This document shows positions 56,862 through 64,000 of a stretch of DNA of 64,000 nt, piece by piece (position 1 is the first letter of the stretch; each line of letters starts with the position of its first letter). This stretch comes from an uncultured bacterium (GTDB taxonomy: Bacteria > Patescibacteriota > Minisyncoccia > Phycocordibacterales > UBA2100): NCBI GenBank assembly GCA_903858755.1, contig CAIOKC010000027.1, forward strand, positions 2,192 to 66,191, written 5' to 3'. Below the pieces are notes generated by a model. The model ran no database searches. It was not told the origin of the DNA and was given only the letters and a program-made list of their open reading frames with translations. A program made the position numbers and the translations under genes.

Positions 56862-56933
56862 AGCGGGGTGGAGCAGGAGTAGCTCGCAAGGCTCATAACC
56901 TTGAGGTCGCGGGTGCAATTCCCGCCCCCGCAA
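56862..56933 (+). tRNA. Initiator tRNA-fMet(CAT)
   Basis: AGCGGGG/CCCCGCA with 1:72 mismatch; CAAGG-CTCATAA-CCTTG. Confidence 0.9.
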
Positions 56934-57089
56934 CAAATACAGAAAGGGCTCCCGCTTGGGAGTCTTTTCTGTATTCGATGCCGCGGGGAGCGAGGCAACT
57001 GCTTGCCTCGCGTGCGGAATTGCACGGCAGTGCGCTGTGCACGCACCGCACTGCCGCGGTCCCGGAGGGAAATTCCCGCCCCCGCAACA
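56934..57089 (+). repeat. tRNA-fMet tail element
   Basis: Hairpin 56936-56975; interrupted inverted copy of the tRNA end; 57071-57089 is identical to 56917-56935. Confidence 0.75.
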
Positions 57090-57226
57090 CGATTGTGATA
57101 GCCGGAACCAGTACCGCCTCCCGTCAAAGGTAGTACGGTATCGACCGGCGTCACAGGCAGAAACAACGCAAAAGCCGCGACTTTCATCGTGGCTTTTGCG
57201 TTGGATCTACTCCAGAGATAGCATAC

Positions 57227-58306
57227 CTATATTTTCCGATATCGTGTTGCCCGACCAAGTCCGATTCGCTTGATCAAGCCTCGCTTCAGCAGCGTTTCGA
57301 GCGCTTTCCCGACGGTGGGGAGAAGCAGCCCTGTCGCGGCGGCTATCTCAGCCCTGCTTCCTTCGTTTGCTTTTGCGAGGTATTCGAATACCGCCTTTTG
57401 CTTCGGAGAGAGCGCATCTTCTTGTGCCTCTTTGTCGACAAACGCGAGCGCTTTCTCGGCCTGTTCTTTGACGACCGACAAAAAGAAATTGAGCCACGGG
57501 GCTATCGACTCTCCCTCGCCGACTGGATTCTTTTGCGATCGGAATGTTTCTTGCGAGGCGCGCAGAGCGAAATAGTACTCCTCCTTTCGCGACTCAACGA
57601 TTTGTTCGTGAGAGACGTACTCGATAAACAAGTACCCAGATCGCAACAAGAGCAGGTTTGTGAGTACGCGGGAAAGGCGTCCGTTGCCGTCCTCAAACGG
57701 GTGTATTTTTAGAAACTCAATGATAAAGTTTGCGATGATGAGGAGCGGATGGAAACGTTCTTTCTCCAAGGCCTCGTGCGCCCACTCGATAAGCTCAGTC
57801 ATTTCTTTGCTGGTAAGATACGCGGGCGTCGTCTCAAACATGATGTGCGCCACTTTTCCGTCCTCTCTCAGCACACCGACGATATTCTCCTTTCGTTTCC
57901 AGTCGCCGCGATGCAGGTCATCTTTCGTGGAGTACTTGAGAAGTTCCTTGTGCAATGATTTTATCAGCCCTTCTCGAAGCGGCATGGTTTTGTAATTTTC
58001 GAAGACGTGTTGAAGCGTTTCGAGGTATCCCTGCACCTCTTGCGAATCGCGGTCGGCAAACCGTTGTATTTTCATTCCTTGCATGATCTTTTTGACCTCC
58101 TCGTCGGAAAGTCTTGACCCCTCGATACGGGTGGAGGCGCCTGCCGATGTTATGAGTACTGATTTTCGGAGCGTCGTTATGGCTTCAGGTGTCATGCGCA
58201 GTCCCGCTCGAAAAACTCCGCGCATTTCATCGATTGCCGCAAGGAGTGCGACAATGCGAGGGCTTGGGTGTTCGATCCTGTGGTCAAATGTACCGTGAGC
58301 GGGCAT
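57227..58306 (-). CDS. Fic-family protein with C-terminal wHTH
   Basis: STRIEG, HPFEDGNGRLSR, C-terminal GRATRY wing. Confidence 0.92.
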   Translation of the reverse strand: MPAHGTFDHRIEHPSPRIVALLAAIDEMRGVFRAGLRMTPEAITTLRKSVLITSAGASTRIEGSRLSDEEVKKIMQGMKIQRFADRDSQEVQGYLETLQHVFENYKTMPLREGLIKSLHKELLKYSTKDDLHRGDWKRKENIVGVLREDGKVAHIMFETTPAYLTSKEMTELIEWAHEALEKERFHPLLIIANFIIEFLKIHPFEDGNGRLSRVLTNLLLLRSGYLFIEYVSHEQIVESRKEEYYFALRASQETFRSQKNPVGEGESIAPWLNFFLSVVKEQAEKALAFVDKEAQEDALSPKQKAVFEYLAKANEGSRAEIAAATGLLLPTVGKALETLLKRGLIKRIGLGRATRYRKI

Positions 58307-58671
58307 AATTTCCTGCTACTTTATGTGTATTAGATATTATTAGATCTTATGAGAAAGGTCAAGTGGCTCTATTTCAGGCCATTTACGGGGCACAAGACTT
58401 GCACCAGCGTAATGCGCGCCCCCCGCAACAGCATTGTGACGCTCGGAACTCGTTCCGTCAGGCATTAAAGGGTGTCGAGAAGCCGGTACGGTATCGACTG
58501 GCATCAGGCCGCCTAGAAACACCAAAGCCGCGACTTGGGACTCACCCTCGCCGGTGGGTTTCCCGTTTATCATCTTCGAGTAAGTGGACTAACTCCGTCC
58601 TTCCTTCGTACTTCACCTTTGTGCTGGGGTTAGTTATAGTAGCAACAGAAAAACCTCAGGAGAAGATGCCG

Positions 58672-59016
58672 ATGAGTCCTTTTGAAGAGCTCTCGAACGA
58701 AATCGACCAAATCTCCAAGCTGCACTCAAAAAGCAGGCTCGTCAGAGTCTTGCGCCGCATCGAATATTGGAGGCGTCGGTACTGGACCAACGAAACGATC
58801 CCCTTCGAGTGGGTTGGCGAGGGTGGTGCGCCCGTTGGAGAACCCATCGAGGTCGTTCACATGACACTCTACGACATGATGGAACACCAAGTCGGGGGGA
58901 TACTTACACGCAAGATTTTGCTCGAAGGGTTGCGCGTCAATGCGGTGCAGAAGCTTGGTTTCGAGCGTCTGGACCAGTGGCATGGTAAGACTACTGTCCA
59001 GCCTCGCTGGGTCTAG
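58672..59016 (+). CDS. Hypothetical protein
   Basis: AGGAG upstream; no recognisable motif. Confidence 0.45.
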   Translation: MSPFEELSNEIDQISKLHSKSRLVRVLRRIEYWRRRYWTNETIPFEWVGEGGAPVGEPIEVVHMTLYDMMEHQVGGILTRKILLEGLRVNAVQKLGFERLDQWHGKTTVQPRWV

Positions 59017-59116
59017 CACACATTTCCCCTCTTTCGATTTCAGCCGCATGGTTCGCCCAGCGGCTTTTTCGCTTGAAACAATGATGGTATCTTCAACGCG
59101 GACAATCGAGGATACA

Positions 59117-59707
59117 ATGGGACACATGTACGACTACCACGCAGTTCTCGGCGCCGTCGCGCTCGCTGTCGGCGTAGCAGGATACATTCCTTACATCTCC
59201 AATACGCTGAAAGGGACTACAAAACCGCACCCGTTCACGTACCTTATCTGGGCACTGATCGGCGCGATCTCGTTTGCAGCCCAGCTTGCGGAAAACGGTG
59301 GTCCGGGCGCATGGGCGATGGGAATTCCCGTCCTATTCGGCATCGTGATCGCAGCGCTCTCGCTCACAAAAGGCGAGAAATCTATCACAAAAAGCGATTG
59401 GCTCTGCCTGATCACGGCGCTTGGAGCAATAGCGATCTGGCAGCTCACCGACGACGCGCTCTACGCAGTCATCATCGTGATCGGGATCAACACCCTCGCA
59501 TTCGTTCCGACATTCCGGAAAGCGTACTCCAAACCCGACGAGGAAACCGCTCTATCATACGCGCTTGGCGTATTGAGAAGCGTCATCTCGATTCCGGCAC
59601 TCCTTTCGTTCAATGTGGTGACCGTCTTACCTCTCGCATACCACATCCTTTCGAACCTGGCGCTTGTGGTGATGCTCATTGTACGAAGAAAAAACCTCGG
59701 AAGATGA
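59117..59707 (+). CDS. Multi-TM membrane protein (PQ-loop-like repeats)
   Basis: PY...T.KG.TKPH, PT.RKAY.KP.EE. Confidence 0.75.
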   Translation: MGHMYDYHAVLGAVALAVGVAGYIPYISNTLKGTTKPHPFTYLIWALIGAISFAAQLAENGGPGAWAMGIPVLFGIVIAALSLTKGEKSITKSDWLCLITALGAIAIWQLTDDALYAVIIVIGINTLAFVPTFRKAYSKPDEETALSYALGVLRSVISIPALLSFNVVTVLPLAYHILSNLALVVMLIVRRKNLGR

Positions 59708-59757
59708 TATTCCTCCTCACGCGAATAATCCCGCTCTCTGCGGGATTATTTCTTGTA

Positions 59758-60468
59758 TCACTCGATGAAGCGAAATTCACGGAATACCTTTTCGTAGAGC
59801 GACATGATGCGGCGGACTTCGCGTGAATTCAATTCGTGCGCGGTCCCCGAATGTGCGATTTTATTGCGGATCTTGTGCGCCTCCCATGCAAGATCAATGG
59901 TGTTGAATGTCGCGCGGTCGACCGATTTCATTTTGTCTGCCATGGTCTCGCCTCTGTAGCCAAGCGTGTCGAGCAATTCGTTGAGCATGATATCCGCTTC
60001 GAGAATCGCGAGGCGCCAGCTTTGATCGTTCTCGGAATGGGCTTGATCCAGGACGCGATGCCATCGCAGGTGCGTCTTCGGGACATCGTGCGAAGCGACG
60101 GTGCGCTGCATCGCCGCGAATCGTTTGCGCTCCATCTGGCGCACTTGGAAAATACGGATCGAGCAGTAGATGATGAGCGCCGCCAGCAGTAGCGAGATGA
60201 AGAGCGAGAAAGCGACAAAAACGCTCCAGCGATGGAACAGCGCATCGTACACACCCGGGCTCGAAGCGTACTGAAGGTACTCGACGACCTGAGGGGCGGT
60301 CACCGGCTCCGTGATAGGGCGCAGTAGCACCGACGACTGCGTAGAGTCGCCCGGCACGCCTGTCTGAACGAACGTGACGACGGTACCAGGCACCCACTTG
60401 AAAGCGAGCTCGCCCAAGAACCAAAATACCCACGCAAAGGCGCTGCCGAGACCGGGTTCGGGAGTCAT
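59758..60468 (-). CDS. Hypothetical membrane protein
   Basis: TM; WRLAILEAD, AWEAHKIRN.IAH (HEPN-like Rx4H). Confidence 0.75.
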   Translation of the reverse strand: MTPEPGLGSAFAWVFWFLGELAFKWVPGTVVTFVQTGVPGDSTQSSVLLRPITEPVTAPQVVEYLQYASSPGVYDALFHRWSVFVAFSLFISLLLAALIIYCSIRIFQVRQMERKRFAAMQRTVASHDVPKTHLRWHRVLDQAHSENDQSWRLAILEADIMLNELLDTLGYRGETMADKMKSVDRATFNTIDLAWEAHKIRNKIAHSGTAHELNSREVRRIMSLYEKVFREFRFIE

Positions 60469-60481
60469 GCAGAAAAGTATA

Positions 60482-61891
60482 CTACGCCTTCTCTACCTGC
60501 TCGCCGATTTTAAACAATGTCTCTTCGCTTCCGTGCGCGCCGATGAGCTGGAAACCTACCGGAAGCTTCTTCCCCTCCCTCTCTACGGTGCCGCTCGGTA
60601 CCGAAATAGCGGGCACTCCCGCAAGATTCGCCGGGACAGAGAAGATATCCTCGGCATACATGGCGAGAGGATCCGATTTCTCGCCGAATTTGAATGCGGG
60701 AGAGGCGGTCGTGGGAAGCGCGATCGCATCGACCGATTCAAAAGCGCGCGCGAAATCATTTCGTATGACATCACGCACGGCGCGCGCTTTTCGATAGTAT
60801 GCATCGGCGTAGCCAGATGAAAGCACGAAGGTGCCGAGCAAGATTCTGCGCCGCACCTCCGGTCCGAATCCCGCACCGCGCGTCTTTGTATACACTTCTC
60901 CGATCGAGTCCGCCGGTACGGAGAGACCGTAGCGGATGCCGTCGTACCGCGCAAGATTCGTCGATACCTCAGCCGGGCAGACGATGTAGTACACCGCGAG
61001 CGAATGCGGAAGGTGCGGCATGCTGATGTCGCGCACCGCATATCCCGCCGCACGGAGCGTATCGAGAGCGGCTTCGAACATCTGGAGCACATCCGCATCT
61101 ACTCCTTCCGCAAGGAAATCTCGCGGCACGCCGACGGTCTTCGGAGTGGGACTTTGGGCTTCCGTGTCCGGCAGTGAAGTGCTGTCTTTCGGGTCGTTGC
61201 CCTTCAGTACGTCGAAGAGGATCCTCGCATCTCCGACCGTGCGCGCGAGAGGGCCTATCTGATCGAGCGACGAACCCATCGGCATAAGTCCGAAACGCGA
61301 TACGGCGCCATAGGTAGGCTTGAGCCCCACGAGCCCCGTATGCGCTGCGGGCTGCCGTATTGAGCCGCCCGTGTCAGACCCGAGCGCGGCGAGCGCCATG
61401 CATGCGGCGACAGCCGCGGCAGAGCCGCCCGAAGATCCTCCCGGGATGCGCGCAGTGTCGTGGGGATTTTTCGTCGGACCAAACGCGGAATTCTCCGTGG
61501 AACTTCCCATCGCGAATTCATCCATATTGGTGCGACCGAGGAATACAGCGCCTTGTGCCTTCAGCTTCGCGATAGCGGTCGCATCGTAGGAAGCGGTGTA
61601 GTGCTCAAGTATGTGCGAGGCGGAGCTCGCGACGCGCCCTTCGATAAGGATGTTGTCCTTGATCGCAATCGGTATGCCTGTCAGCGGCTGCGATGTCCCC
61701 GCCGCGATCATTGCGTCTGCTGCGCGCGCCTCTGCGCGCGCAGCATCTGCCCACACCTCCAGATAGGCGTGAATGTCGATATCTTTTTCCGCGATACTCT
61801 CCAGATACGCGTTCGTGAGATCGAGTGCCGAGTACTCTCTCGCATCGAGCGCGCGGCGTGCTTCCGCAATCGTAAGATTGGAGAGATCCAT
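60482..61891 (-). CDS. gatA: Asp/Glu-tRNA amidotransferase subunit A
   Basis: IKDN, GGSSGGS, GSDTGGSIRQP, NLARYDG. Confidence 0.97.
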   Translation of the reverse strand: MDLSNLTIAEARRALDAREYSALDLTNAYLESIAEKDIDIHAYLEVWADAARAEARAADAMIAAGTSQPLTGIPIAIKDNILIEGRVASSASHILEHYTASYDATAIAKLKAQGAVFLGRTNMDEFAMGSSTENSAFGPTKNPHDTARIPGGSSGGSAAAVAACMALAALGSDTGGSIRQPAAHTGLVGLKPTYGAVSRFGLMPMGSSLDQIGPLARTVGDARILFDVLKGNDPKDSTSLPDTEAQSPTPKTVGVPRDFLAEGVDADVLQMFEAALDTLRAAGYAVRDISMPHLPHSLAVYYIVCPAEVSTNLARYDGIRYGLSVPADSIGEVYTKTRGAGFGPEVRRRILLGTFVLSSGYADAYYRKARAVRDVIRNDFARAFESVDAIALPTTASPAFKFGEKSDPLAMYAEDIFSVPANLAGVPAISVPSGTVEREGKKLPVGFQLIGAHGSEETLFKIGEQVEKA

Positions 61892-61892
61892 A

Positions 61893-62189
61893 CTACTTCT
61901 TTTTTCGAGAGATGACCTGCTTCACCGCAATGCGGTCGCCCTCGCGCATCGGCGCGGCACTCAAGAGCTTCTCTGTGTGTGCGCCGCTTTCATGCGGCGC
62001 CTCATCTGCACGCATCACATTGCGCAGCCCCTTCGGCATAGAGGTCGACGACGTATCGACGCTCTGGATCGTCTCTATAAAACGAAGAATGCCGGGTATC
62101 TCCTTTTCGAGCCGCGCAAGCTCCTCGGGCGCAACCTCGATGCGCGCCAGTCTCGCAAGTGCCCCGATATCGACTTTTCCATCGCTCAT
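61893..62189 (-). CDS. gatC: Asp/Glu-tRNA amidotransferase subunit C
   Basis: LARLARI, NVMRAD; directly upstream of gatA. Confidence 0.9.
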   Translation of the reverse strand: MSDGKVDIGALARLARIEVAPEELARLEKEIPGILRFIETIQSVDTSSTSMPKGLRNVMRADEAPHESGAHTEKLLSAAPMREGDRIAVKQVISRKKK

Positions 62190-62245
62190 CCAGACACTAT
62201 ACCCCAAAGTCGGATTGCATTCGACGAGAAACGCGAGAACACGCC

Positions 62246-64000
<1,755 letters not shown>

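Noticed and set aside
57090-58540. Second DGR TR/VR pair, or c-di-GMP-I riboswitch, in the Fic-flanking repeats
   Set aside because: Differences include indels and non-adenine changes, and neither copy ends a CDS. The GCAAAAGCC resemblance lacks the rest of the riboswitch consensus.

Overview
A gene-dense, GC-rich bacterial chromosome segment (code 11) whose gene content and compact style suggest a Patescibacteria/CPR (Parcubacteria-like) genome; the taxon is inferred. The housekeeping backbone is rnj, mutY-like, ddl, nth, yvcK, metK, glmS, typA, tgt, pyrG, ftsEX, prfB, msrB, gatCA and ligA, plus six tRNAs. metK has a SAM-I-type riboswitch and glmS has a variant glmS ribozyme. The main finding is a diversity-generating retroelement (DGR) at about 21.4-26.7 kb. 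Its variable region (22287-22394) differs from the template repeat (21907-22014) at 17 template adenines plus one non-A change in the 3' IMH-like tail. The variable region encodes the C-terminus of a MoxR/AAA_5 ATPase that is translationally coupled to an unknown small protein and a HExxH-vWA protein, so this looks like an AAA-vWA machine with a hypermutated recognition domain. The adjacent RT keeps only its C-terminal half, apparently deleted at a hairpin microhomology, and no Avd is present. Other accessory content includes an NgoPII-like Type II R-M pair, an AT-rich PLD-helicase plus N6-MTase island, a MsrB/CcdA/thioredoxin/Met-rich-protein redox locus, tRNA-tail repeat elements, in-frame palindromes inside CDSs, and many apparently leaderless genes.
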